From: Azolla caroliniana
Taxonomy: Eukaryota; Plantae; Polypodiophyta
Direction of reading: 5' to 3'
NCBI GenBank assembly: GCA_043228905.1
Contig: JBHGNT010000017.1
Coordinates: forward strand, 15,810,001-15,874,000
Length of the DNA: 64,000 nucleotides
The notes below the pieces were generated by a model. The model was not told the DNA's origin. It saw only the letters and a list, made by a program, of their open reading frames with translations, and searched no databases. The translations under genes and the position numbers were made by a program. Below, one piece after another: positions 34,886 through 47,383 of the stretch. How positions within the stretch are numbered: the stretch's first letter is position 1; each line of letters opens with the position of its first letter.

Positions 34886-37800
34886 TGTCGTGAAGAAAAC
34901 CGGTCTAAAGATGAATTAAGGGATAAAGCGCGTGAACCGTCCCCTTTACATGGGGACACATACATTAATAACTTTGCACATGACTATGGGTAGGCCGGCG
35001 TGATGTAAATATACTAGGAAGAATATATTTATTAGCTAGAAAATCGAAGTGTATCTTTGCCTGAAGGGACAAAGAATAAAGATGATGTAAACAAGTCTGA
35101 CAATCTCTGCCCATCAGCCTATAAAACGAAGGGGAGAAGGCTAAAATGGTATCACGTTTTGGGGGGCGAGGACGAAGTGCTATCAGATGGGGAACCAAGC
35201 ATTCTTCTCCTCATTTCCGTTGGTCTCTATAGGTTTTCTCTAGGTCGCCTCGTCTCACGAGAGAAGCCCGTGAGCTTCTGGCAGAGGCTCCACTTAGTGT
35301 TTTGCATGTGTGTGTGTGGGTGTGTGCTCTCTCCTCACTCTATTTCTGTGCACTCATCGGTTCAGGGCCCCCGCGGTTCCACCTTAGTTTCCTACGCACA
35401 AGCGAAACAACACATCTAATTTGGTGAACCCGACGTGAAGAAGGCGGCAGAGGAGTCAGAAGATGAGAGGGTTCGAACTCGCCGAAGCTATGGCGGTGGC
35501 CGTCGACCGGCTAGTGAACGCTCGTGAGGGTATAGGTGCCCTGGACAGGGCTATTTAGTTTATTGTCGGCATGATACGCCGGTTTGGGGTGAAGAACGCT
35601 ACAAATTATCTGGAGACCTATCGGGCTGAGATGATAATGAGGAACATCCCGGATGATAGGCGGCTGACCAAATTTCCTCGGGAGGTGACACCGAGCATCC
35701 ACGCAGAGTTGCTCAAAGTGCAGGCTGGTTGCCAAACCTGGGAGGAGTTTGAGGGTGGCTCCTCGAGAAGTACAGGTTCGATGACTCACTTCAGGTGTCG
35801 AAGCGGGACTTCATGGAATGGGTTCAGACCTCTGAAAAGGGGAGGAACGCAACAACGCTCGTCCAGGAGTTCGAGAAACGGTTTGCCCGTCTCTCGGCGT
35901 TAGACAAGACCGTGCTCGACACGAGCCGAGTCCTGTTATTCTTCAAGTCTGTGGACGCACAAGACCAAGAGCATTTGGGTCTCCTGCTAGAGATGGATGA
36001 AGGGCTCACGGCCGAGAGGTTACCAGATGGGACGATCTGGTCGAGGAGAAGACCGGATTCGTGGAAGCAGCGTGTCAGAACTATGAGGTTCTGGTAGAGG
36101 ACAAGCGTGCGGGAAAGGCCAGAGGGGCCAGACCCTCACAACGGTATGAGACCAAGTTCGGGCTGAAGTAGAATGATGTTAGTAACCCTGGCTCACTGGA
36201 TAGAATGAAGCGGGCTGGTTAGCGGCAGAGCACGGAGATAGAGAGGTTGATGGACTTGCAGAAGGTCCTCGAGGAGCGGATTCTCGACAGCAAGGTGGAG
36301 TTGTCATTGAGGGAGGTGCTCGGGATCGCCAAGAAGGAGTTCCACGATTCCATCGTGGATTTGGTGAAGCGCAAACAGCTCTCGATGGAGCCAGAACCGG
36401 AGAAGCCCGTGGAGGTGCAGATGACACACCTAGAAGATATGGCCCAGGAGGACGAGTCGCCGAAGAGCCACTATTCGAAGTTGCACTAGGTAAGAGCTAC
36501 TACGGAAATCCTAGTTCGGATCGGGGACGTCCATGGTGGCATTGATAGACCATGGATCCGAAATCAACCTGATATCCATGGACTTCTACAAAAAGGGAAA
36601 GTGGCCGATCAACACCAATCACGGTGGAAGATACGCGCAGCAACACGTGCTACGGAGGAACTACACAGGGCATGCCCGAATATACGCGTGAAGATCGGAG
36701 ATGTTGAGATTGATCAGCAGTTTTTCGTGTAGGAGACATCTTCGCACCCGGTGATACTCAGCGAACCATACATTACGGCGACCCACATGGAGACCAAGGT
36801 GTTGGATAACAATTCGGCATATGGGCATGCTAAGAGTCAAGATAGACGACACTCCGTCCAGTTTCTGACAGTGCAACCAAACCACGAGCACAACCGTGAG
36901 ACCCTCAGTGGTGACATCCCGAGGGGATTTTTGGAAAGGGCTATCAAGGCGTGGGGGTGCGATAGTCCAGACATCCTGGAGGATCCCCACACGTGTACCA
37001 TAGGTTGGAAATTTTGGTTCTCCGATAACGGAGGTTGTACGATAACTGGCATCAATGGCCAAGAAAAGAAGCGGGCGGAGGAGCGCCTCAGGGCATACGG
37101 AGCCCTCAGCCCCGACGAAGAGATTGGCGACGCCATGGAGACGGTCTCTTTCGACGACACCCTAGGAGAGATAGGGAAGGTGGTCGAAAAAGGCCTCAAC
37201 GAAGACCGGGTGATTCTAGTTGGTTTCGTGGAGATGTACGAAGTCATTGCCGATTTCGAGATGAAAGCCGAATCAGATCGAACGGCTTGCGTAAATACAA
37301 GGTACAAGACTGTGGACCGGAAGGTGAGGCCAGTTGCGGCTCCTTTGCCGAAGGACAACGGGAAGCCGATGAAGGGGGTCGCGTCGAACCCAAGTTTACG
37401 GGACCTAGCCGACATAGGACATTGGTTCACTAACGAAACGCTACAAGAGCTGAAGATCGGTGGGGGTGGCTTCCTACTGCAGAGGAGGACTGGTTTCGGA
37501 GGATGCTCGGGAGGCACGGGAAGGCCTTCGCTTTCTCACTAGAGGAGATTGGATGCGTGGACACAGCAAGCGTAGAACCGATGGTTATCTTCACAGTACT
37601 GCACGTACCATGGAATCTCAAACCAATACCGGTTCACTGAGCTCACATCCTGAAGTTGATGGATTTGCTGAAGCAGAAGGTAGATATGGGCATCCTTGAG
37701 CCGTCGAGTGCCCCATATTCGAATCTATGGTTTACCGTGCCGAAGAAGAACAGCACGTTGCGCTTCATTCAGGACCTGCAGCCGGTCAACAAGGTGACCA

Positions 37801-40800
37801 TTCGGAACGCAGGTATCGGGCCGACCATTGATGAGTTCGCGGAGGCCTTCACTGGGAGGTCGATCTATTCGGTAGGTGATCTATACTCGGGGTACAACCA
37901 ATTCCAACTAGCTATAAAGAGCAGGGATATTACAACGATTCGGACTCCTCTCAGCCTAGTGCGGATGTGTACCCTACCACAAGGAGGGACCAACTCGATG
38001 GCGCACATGGTGAACGCAATGAATAAGGTGCTTAGGGATTGCATCCCAGACATCACCATGCCATTCTTGGACGACATCCCGATAAAAGGATGTCCGGTGG
38101 AAGATAAGGATGAATCATTTGGGCCAGATGGATGTCGGAGATTCGTTTCGGACCATATCCACAATTGCAAGAAGGTGTTGCAAAGGCTCGAGAGCGCGTG
38201 CCTCACCTTCTCCGGAGAGAAATCGGCTTTCGGCCTATCGGAAATCCTGGTCGTCGGACACTTGTGCGGGCCCTACGGCCGGAAACCATCTCCAGCGAAG
38301 GTAGAAGCCATCTCTGAAATGAAGGAAGAATGCAAGTCGGTTACTGAGATTCGAAGGCTCCTTGGCACGTGCGTGTTCTATCACATCTGGATCCTGCATT
38401 ACACACACGTTGCGGAGCCACTCTACGGGTTGCTAAAGAAAGGGCGTAAGTTTAGATGGGACGAGGAACATATGCAGTCAATCCGGAGATTGAAAGAAGC
38501 GTTTACCGCGGCACCGGCACTCCAGAAAGCGGTTTACGACGAGGTCTCGATTATGTAACCGTAGACAAGAGCCCGACCGGGATCGGATGGGTGATCAATC
38601 AGGAGGACGAGAGCGGCACCAGGTTCCCTATCCGGTTCAGAGCGAAGGTACTGAGCGAGCGATAGCGAGGATACACCCAAGTTAAACGCGAACTCTGGGG
38701 TATCGTTTCGGCGGTCAAGGCCGACAAAAACTATTTAATCGGGACGGAGGTAGTAATTGAGACAAACTGCCTACCAATCCTCGATATGGTTTCCGGATGC
38801 GCAACGCCGGACCTGGCAATGCTCAAGTGGATCGTGTACATTAAATCCCTGAACCTGGAGATAGGCACATCTCTGGAAAAGACAACACCATCGCCGATAT
38901 GCTTTCGAGGGCGCAATTTACCGACGAGGAAGACATGGTTTCGGAAGACGAAGAAGTCGGTGTGGACTTCTTCGAGTCGGCTTGCATATCAACAAGGGAG
39001 GGGCGCACTCCGGTAGTTAACGAATTAGACGAGGATGAGTGAGTGGCTCCAGATCGGCAGGTTCTTGAGAACGTCGACGCCAGACGCAGCTTGGACGAAG
39101 GACGAGACGAACCGGATCCGGAAGAAGGCGTATTGATTCTTTCTACGGGACAGGCACATATGGAAGCACCCAAAGAAGCAAGGCGGTGTTCCACTTCGTG
39201 TGGTGGCAAGGGAGGAAGAGCAGAGGGCCTTGTTGTCAATGTATCACGAGAGCCCTTGGGCCGGACACCGCGGGACATGGGCCACATTTGAGAAGCTAAA
39301 GGAGAAGTATTGGTGGTCGGGGATGTACCGAGACATGCATCAGTTCGTGATGACTTGCGGAAGCTTCAAGATGCATTCCATGATCCGACATTGAGACGAG
39401 CTCCACCCGACCTACCCGCCAACCGTCCATTACAAGTGGATCGTGGAATTAGTGACAGTGCCAATGGGGCTAGGGCAGTTGCGTTACCTGGTGCTTGCAT
39501 GGGAGGACCTAACGAATCAAGTGGAGGGTCGTGCACTGCAAAACAAGATGATTGCTGTTGTGTGTTGGTTCCGAAATGAGGAGGTGCTATGCCGATACAG
39601 GTGCGTGGGGATGATCGTGGCCGACTGGGGAGAGTTGGATGCGCAAGAAGCGGAAGAGTTGTTCGATCGGTTGGGGGTCAAGCTTTCCCTCACTACGGCG
39701 AACAATCCGGAGGCAAACGGGAAGGTAGAGCAGGGGCACGGGCCGATCATAAAGTTGTTGGTGCAGGCTTGTGAAGGACAAGTCGGGAATTGGCTGCGGC
39801 TCCTACCTTGCGTGTTGTGGGCGGACCGAACTACGCATAGTTCGATAACCGGGTTCCTGTCGGCCGAGCTGATGTACGGGCAAAAGCTGGTCATGCCGAT
39901 GGAGCGGACGATCTCCTCATGGACTGTGGAGGACTGGAGAGACGAGATGAGTCAAGAAGAGTTGTTGGCGGCGCAGATTTGGCAACTCGAGCGAAGACCG
40001 GAGGACGTGGACCGGCCGAAGACGAAGCTGCATGCGGCAAGGGTGAAGAATAAAGGCCGGTTCGACCGGACACACCGACTATGACCGAAGAAGATTGAGG
40101 AAGGCGACTGGGTGCTAGTTTATGAAAGCAACCTCGACAATCAGCACAAGGCAACGCGTAAGTTCACGAGAAGGTGGTTCGGGCCCTACGTCGTAATGAG
40201 CACAAATAGTAACAGCACCTACCACCTCGCGGAGCTCGACGGAACGCGGATAGCAGTACTAGTAGCCGGTAAGAGGGTCAAGGCGTTCAAGAAATGGCAC
40301 GAAGACGAGTTGGGCCCGGTAAGTGCGGACAACGGGGACAACGAACCGGGAATCGACGAGTGAAAATGAGCCGGTTTTCTCCAGTATTTGTCTCTCTGGG
40401 CGCATACCGGTAGATGTGTGGTTTGGTGGGGGTGGATGTCGTGAAGAAATCCGGCCTAAAGAGGAATTAAGGGATAAAGCACGTGAACCGTCCCCTTTAC
40501 ATGGGGACGTGTACATTAATAACTTTGCACATGACTAGGGGTAGGTTGGCATGATGTAAATATACTAGGAAGAATATATTTATTAGCTAGAAAATCAAAG
40601 TGTATCTCTCCCCAAAGGGACAAAGAATAAAGATGATGTAAACAAGATGTGATAGTCTCTCCCTAGCAGCCTATAAAAAAGGAAGGGGAGAAGGCTGAAA
40701 CGGTATCGTGTTTTGGGGGGCGAGGACGAAGTGTTGTAGGACGGGGAACCGAGCATTCTTCTCCTCATTTCCGTTGGTCTTTGTAGGTTTTCGCTAGGTC

Positions 40801-41098
40801 ACCTCAGCTCGTGAGAGAAGCCCGTGCACTTCTAGCAGAGGCTCCACTGAGTGTTTTGTGTGTGTGTGTGTGTGTGTGTGCGTGCATGCGTGCGTGCGTG
40901 CGTGTGGGTGCGTGCTTGGTCACTCACCGGCGTGCCAGTTGTAATCTCAGGAGTATTGTATTTGTTTGGTTGTCTTAATCGATTCATTGGGTTGTGGCCG
41001 ATCGGTGTATTTGTGTGCACTCTAGTCCACTGTCGTCACGGAGCCGGTCAAGCGCGGTTCCGCCTTAGTTTCCTACGTGCAAGCAAAACAACACAGCA
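34886..41098 (+). mobile_element. Degenerate full-length non-chromoviral Ty3/Gypsy (Ylt1/Phygy-like, tRNA-Trp primed); LTRs 34886-~35414 and 40437-41098
   Basis: 4-bp TSD ACGT (34882-34885 / 41099-41102). PBS 35422-35438. RT (FIQDLQPVN, LPQGGTNS, PFLDDI), RNase H, and integrase with GPY; no chromodomain. The clade name is an inference. Confidence 0.93.
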
Positions 41099-41284
41099 AC
41101 GTTGGGCAACGCCAGGCTGGAAGGAAAAGAGTTGTCCCTAGCAAGGGTAAAATCAAGCTTGCTAGATGAAGAAGCTCACCGGAAGGACCGGGAGTGCGGA
41201 ACTGATCCGAAGGCCTTGGTCACGGAAGATGACCACAACCGGGGAAGAGGCCGGTATCGGAGTCCCCAAAACCAAGACAAATCG

Positions 41285-44200
41285 AGGACAAGGCATAAAT
41301 TTGTGAAGCCTGCCAGCTTGGGAAGCAACACCGACTTCTGTTCCCCAATGAGCATAACCGGAGCCGGAACAAGCTCAACTTGATACACTCCGATGTGTGG
41401 GGGCCGGCACAAAACGTTAGTCTTGGCGGGAGCCGATATTTCGTCTCCTTCATCGACAACTACACGCGGCACACGTGGATCTACCTCATTGAGAGGAAGA
41501 GCGAAGTCTTCGACTGTTTCTGGGACCTCAAAGGTTTCGTGGAAACAGAAACAAGAAGGAAGATCAAGTGCCTGTGGTTAGATGGTCGAAAAGAGTACTT
41601 TTCCGGTCAATTCAACGGTTATCTACAACAGATGAGAATTCAACGCGAATTCAGTTGTAGATACACGCTAGAGCAAAACGGCGTGGCTGAGAGGAAAAAT
41701 CGGTCAGTTGTGGAAGCGGCACGGGCAATGTTGGAGGAGAAGAGCTTGCCCAAGTTCTACTGGGTCGAGGCGGTAAGGACCGCGGTATACATCCAGAACC
41801 GGATCGAAGACAAAGCGTCGGCACACGAGCTATATTTCGGAACGAAGCCGAACTTGCGCCACGTACGATTTTTCAGTAGCATTGCGTATGTGCATGTGCC
41901 GAAGGAGAAACGGAGGAAGTTGGATGCAAAGGCTGAGAAATGCGTCTTGGTCGGTTACTCAGACAAGCAGAAGGGTTATAAGTGTTATAACCCGCGCACC
42001 AAACAAGCGCGCGTGAGCCGCGAAGTTGTGTTTGATGAGTCCGCGTCCTGGTACTTGCCCTGACTCCGTATCTCAACTCCAATCCGAGCTCTGACGATGA
42101 GGTCAGCGAGGTCGAGATGCCTCCAGATGAGCCTGAAATCGGGACCCGCGAAGAGAGTCTGATTTCGTTTCGGTTAAGAGGACCGAATGGACGACTAAGT
42201 CGGTTCAACCAGTCCAATGACCAGCCGGCGAGTAGTGGAGACTCGGTCGTGCATTCCCCGCGCAGGCAGCCGAGGAGACGGCTTACGCGCAAAGAGAAAG
42301 GGAACAAGAAGGTGTCGGATTCCGGCACGGATAGGAACGAGCCAGACCGACGTGAGTCCGACTCCGAGGGAAGCAGTGACGGATCTTCAAGAGCGAAGTC
42401 TACGTCGGCCGACAAGTCCTCAACATCGGCTAATGACTGATTACGCCGATCTACCCGCCAGAAGAACCAAGTTGTGCGGTTCGGATACAATGAGTACATG
42501 GCGCATCATTATGCGTACATGACCCGTATAGCGGAAGTGCGTGAGCCGGAGAGCTACGCAGAAGCGGCTAAGGACGCGAATTGGCGTGCCGCAATGGAGG
42601 AAGAGATGCACGCATTGGCGGAAAACGGGACCTGGGACCTGGTTGACGCACCGAAGGGTGTGAAGCCGATCAGATGTAGGTGGGTGTTCAAGGTCAAGTA
42701 CAACACCGATGGCTCAGTCAACCGATACAAGGCCCGGTTAGTGGCAAAGGGCTACGCGCAGAAACACGGCATTGACTACGATGAGACGTTTGCTCCGGTC
42801 GCGAAGATGACGATCGTCCATGTTTTGCTCGCGGTAGATGCGGCAAAGGGGTGGCACTTACATCAAATGGATGTAAAGAATGTTTTCCTGCAAGGTGACC
42901 TTGAGGAACAGGTGTACATGGAACTACAACCCCCCGGATTTCACTCCGAAACGAACACGTCGGCAATGTGCCGATTGAAGAAATCCCTTTACGGACTGAA
43001 GCAAGCCCCGCGTGCCTGGAACGCGAAGATCACGCAACAACTGCATCGGATGGGCTTCGCAACATCAAAATCGAACTCTTCCCTGTTCATCCGGAAAGGT
43101 CGACTCAGTCCGGTCAGTATTTTACTATATGTTGATAACTTGGTCATCACCGGCGCCGACCTAGGTGAAATCGACCGTGTGAAGCTCCAACTTGCGGCAT
43201 CGTTTGACATGAAGGATCTGGGGGATCTTCATTACTTCCTCGGGATCAAAGTGATCCGTACCCTCGAAGGCATATTGATCAGCCAACGCCATTATGTGTT
43301 GAGTATGCTCTTCAAATTTGGGATGGCCGACTGTAAGTCCGTCTCGACTCCTCTGGATAGAACCATCAAGCTTCGCTCCAATTCCGGGAAGGTATGCGAC
43401 CAGACGAGGTTCTGACAAATTGTCGGACGCCTTATCTACTTGACAATCACCCGACCCGATCTCAGTTATCCGGTCAGGGTGATCAGTCAGTTCATGGCGC
43501 GACCTACCGAGGAGCACCTTCAGTGTGCGCAACGCATACTGCGGTACGTAAGTGGCACTAAGGACCGGGGACTTCTATACCGGTACAACCTCGCAATTGG
43601 TCGGCTACACCGATGTTGATTGGGCTGGCAACGACGTCGATCGCCGATCCACGTCCGGATACGCGTTCTCTCTTGGGAGTGCCATGATAGCGTGGAGCAG
43701 TAAGAAGCAGTCGACAATTGCACTGTCGAGCACCGAAGCTGAGTACCGAGGAGCAGTTGTCACGACATGCGAAGCCATATGGTTGAAGCGGCTACTTAAG
43801 GACCTGCAAGAGGAGGTGTCCGATCTAACGACGATCTACTGCAACAACTTCAGCAGCATCCATCTCGCGAAGAACCCCGTTTTCCATGCACGGACCAAGC
43901 ACATTGAGGTGCACTACCATTTTGTCCGTGAGCGTGTCCTTTCTGGTGAAGTCGAACTTCAGTATGTTCCAACAGATTGCAAACCGCCGACATCTTCACG
44001 AAGCCCCTTGGTCTGGACAAGTTGCGGCAGTTCTCGAGTGCGCTTGGGTTGCGTCACCTCGACATGCCAAACTTGAGGGGGAGAACAGTCTCAAAAGACC
44101 GAGCAAGGGAGGAGGAAGGGAGCGGAAGAGGCCGCGACACCGAGTCGGATGACGAATTCGACTTCGGATCGGCTGAAGAAGCCGAGGGCGGATCCGCGAA

Positions 44201-44986
44201 AGAGTCCAAAACCAGACATAAGGGGAGCAGCCGAAAGAAAGATCCGAAGCCAACCAAGCATGGGGGAGATGACGTCGTCAAGGGCGAGAAGACTGAAGAC
44301 GAGTTGGAGACAGCCAACTCGGACGAGAGCGAAAACCAATCGGAGGTAGCCGAGTCGGTTCGGATGTTTAATTCAGATACACTGAATCAACCGAGAGCCA
44401 AGCGGAAAAGAAGGCAGCAGGAGAAGCGCCAACACTGCGACAGCAAGGGAGTTGTGAAGGGCCGTGGGAGCAGACAAGCCGACGAGAAGGGTTGAAGCGC
44501 GCGGAGTCGAACAGGCCGAGGAGCGCGAGCGAGGCGTGGAGCCAAGAGGAACCAGAGTGGTGACCCAGAAGATCCCAAAGAGCCTCAAGTTGAGCTTGAG
44601 GGGGAGTGTTGAGAGACAAGCTCAACATCAGCCGGATCGGCTGAGCAAGCCGAGGTCCGGATCGGTACCGGTGCGTAGGAAGGCCGGATCGGTGCAGGAA
44701 TCGGGAGGCCATTAGAAAGATATTCCGCAAGGAATATATTTGGGAGTTAGTGTAGGGGCTCCTTAATGAGCTTTGAAGTACTGTAAGTACTTCTGTCAGT
44801 CAGAAAAGGACTTGTATAAAAGTGTTCATTGAACACACACGATGTATAGATTGAGTATGTTTTGAATATAGTTCTGGTTTTACTCTCTATCTCTCCCGTG
44901 TGTACTGTGCAAACCTAAGCTTTCCATTAAACCTACGTTTTCTGTTGTTCAATTTCATATATTGCTTCCGCACGTCATTCTTTTCA
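41285..44986 (+). mobile_element. Copia element C (family of B): integrase-RT-RNase H-tail and 3' LTR 44607-44986, joined by deletion to the Copia A gag
   Basis: High similarity to the reverse complement of 29024-32250. PPT CTTGAGGGGGAG at 44595-44606. Confidence 0.92.
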
Positions 44987-45590
44987 ACCACCATCTTCAC
45001 TAATAGTCAAAGCGCAATGGCAATTGCGAGGAACCCCGTGTTCCATGCTGGCGCTAAGCACATTGACGTGCATTATCACTATGTCAAGGAAAGGTTCTCC
45101 GCTAGAGAGATCAGTTTGGCTTATGTGCCCACGCTGGACAACATTGCAGACCTCTTCACAAAGGCTCTGCCTAGGGAGAAGGTTGAAGCTTTCCGCAAAG
45201 CTTTAGGCCTAATCCCATTTGTGGATTCATCTCTATCCACATAGCTTGGCACTTCTTTAACCGTGAGTGTCAGCTCCTTGTTCACTGCATCACTCCCAAG
45301 GGGGATTTGTTGACATATTTTGGTACTGATGTGTGTGAACACACTTAGGACAGTGATGTGTGAACACACTTAGGATAGTGATGTGTGTGAACACATTTAG
45401 GATAGTAATGTGTGAACACACTTAGGATAGTGATGTGTGTGAACACATTTAGGACAGTAATGTGTGAACACGCTTAGGACAATGATGTGTGTGAACACGC
45501 TTAGGACTACAGGGGCATTTTTTCCCTCTTTAGGAGGTTTTTTCCCCCTGTCTAAAAAGACTCTTGTAACCCTAAAGTGGAGTAAGATTT
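44987..45590 (+). mobile_element. Copia element D: RNase H end (stop 45244), PPT and start of the 3' LTR (45308-)
   Basis: SQSAMAIARNPVFHAGAKHIDVHYHYV...DLFTKAL, then AAGGGGGATT/TGTTG. Confidence 0.85.
45328..45506. repeat. 7 tandem units alternating 27 and 25 bp (GATGTG(TG)TGAACACACTTAGGACAGT) in Copia D U3
   Basis: Read directly; gives a 52-bp higher-order unit. Confidence 0.92.
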
Positions 45591-45782
45591 TTGGGATTCA
45601 AAGCAAGAACCCAACATGAGAGAGCAAGCAGATCAGCCTACGATATGGTTGAATCCTATAAAAAAGCAACGCCAGCAGTAGATCAATTATCCGAGCAATG
45701 TACACAAATGCAAGCCGAAAAAGAGGAATTGTCGGATAGGTTCTGACAAGCAGAAGAAAAATGGAAAGAAACCGAGGATCAA

Positions 45783-46850
45783 ATGCAGGCATGTCAATTA
45801 CCTGATAGACTTTCTGAGGAATTACATCAGAAGTTACAAGAAGTAGAAAAGATAATCAACGCTGCAACAAAGAGAGCAGAACAAGCAGAAACCAGGGCCA
45901 AGAAACTGGAAGACCGTATAATCTTAGCTAAGATTGAAATCGGCAAATGGATGGATGCAAAAGATAATGCGATACAATGGCTTAAATGAGAATTGGTGCA
46001 ACAACATGAGGAAGACCGACAACAAGCGGAACAAATATTGAAGTTAGAAGAGTATGATCGCATTCAGGAAGACTATTTTGTGAACCCAATGGCAGAAGCT
46101 GAACTTCAAACAAACGCAACACAAGAGGTGCATAAGGAAGAAAAATGACAATTGGAATTGGCAAATACCGATTTGCAAAAACACTACACCGAATTGGAGG
46201 CGAGGTACGAAAAGAAAAGACTGGATTTATTGGTAGCTGAAAAACTCATCCAAGCAGAAGGAGCGACCAATGCACAGATAACCGACTTACGCAAGCAACT
46301 GGCCGCGGCACAATACAACGCGAGTATGGGTGAAGAAAAAATCAGAACAATACTAAACCGCCACAAAATCAATACTTTAAACCTGGTATCCAACTCACTA
46401 GATAGAGGATGGAAGACTTGGTCGGCACAAGCAGTAGAATTACAAATACTGCGTGCCGATAGGGATAACCGTAAAACCCAAGGGCCAGGATTCTTTAAAA
46501 TGACAGAGGATGCAATATCGACAGTACAGGAAGATATTGCTCGAGATTTGTATGACATGGCGTTTAGTCATCAGGAAGAGATAACTCGACTAATGCAGGA
46601 ATTTGATAAGCATGATATCGACACCTCTGTCCAGTTAGACGATTATGAACAAACCAGACAAAGGCAAACCCCGGAGATTGGAGCTTCAACATCACCGCAA
46701 CCACCACCACAACCCCACAACGTTGACGAGGAGAGTGCCAACACTGACACCGAACACGGTGACGAAGTAGAACCATCATTGTTCAACATTCTACAAGACG
46801 ACGACGAGGATGATATGGTCGAGGACCCCCAACCCGACCATCAAGAGTAG
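45783..46850 (+). pseudogene. Long coiled-coil ORF with an acidic/Pro-rich tail and two in-frame TGA; probably a retroelement accessory ORF
   Basis: ORFs 45783-45989 and 46152-46850 share a frame and the gap is open. Heptad-like E/Q/K/L composition. Followed by an LTR-like segment. Confidence 0.6.
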
Positions 46851-46896
46851 ACCGTGGGTTCGACCGAGCAAGGGCCTGGCCCGCGGGCGTGCCAAG

Positions 46897-47383
46897 TGTT
46901 AGTCGGTCAAGGTAGGTGTCAGACAAGTATGAAGTGTCAGAGTCAACAATGATCGGAAAAGACAGAGTCGGAGTCTGATCGACTAGAGGGATCGATGAGT
47001 CAGCAATTTTGCCGACTAGATAAAAAATAATTACAAATATTAGAGTAAGTTAGAAGTTTTGTCAGTTCTTGCCATGAAGGCAATATGTACTTCTCGATGG
47101 GTAAGTCTCTCAGGTTACCTATAAAAAGGGACCGACAGCATTGTAACAACATCGTCTATTTTGGAAGTTAATAAAGTGGTTAGTTAGTAAGAAAGAGTTG
47201 TGTGCTACTGTTCAAAATATTATTTCCATTCCGTATTTTTGTACATTTATACGCTAATCATAACTATTTATACCGATTAGTCGATCACGATACAAGTAAA
47301 CTATATCGTTACTCTATGTAGGAGTAATTCAATATTCCATTCGTACTCCACAGTTTCTTGATAGAACGTTCAGGAATCAAACA
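46897..47383 (+). mobile_element. Probable LTR of the element carrying the coiled-coil ORF
   Basis: TGTTAG...CAAACA, TATAAAA (~47120), AATAAA (~47170). No clear PPT and no partner LTR. Confidence 0.45.

Larger units (their letters stand above)
28323..41290 (+). mobile_element. Copia element A: 5' LTR (28323-28632 + 34217-~34402), PBS 34406-34417, gag 34431-34885 + 41103-41290; hosts two nested insertions and is truncated after gag
   Basis: PBS TGGTATCAGAGC. gag restores across the TSD as LLLGSLPDS*ETLVVT/LGNARLEGKELSLARVKSSLLDEE. Confidence 0.85.
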
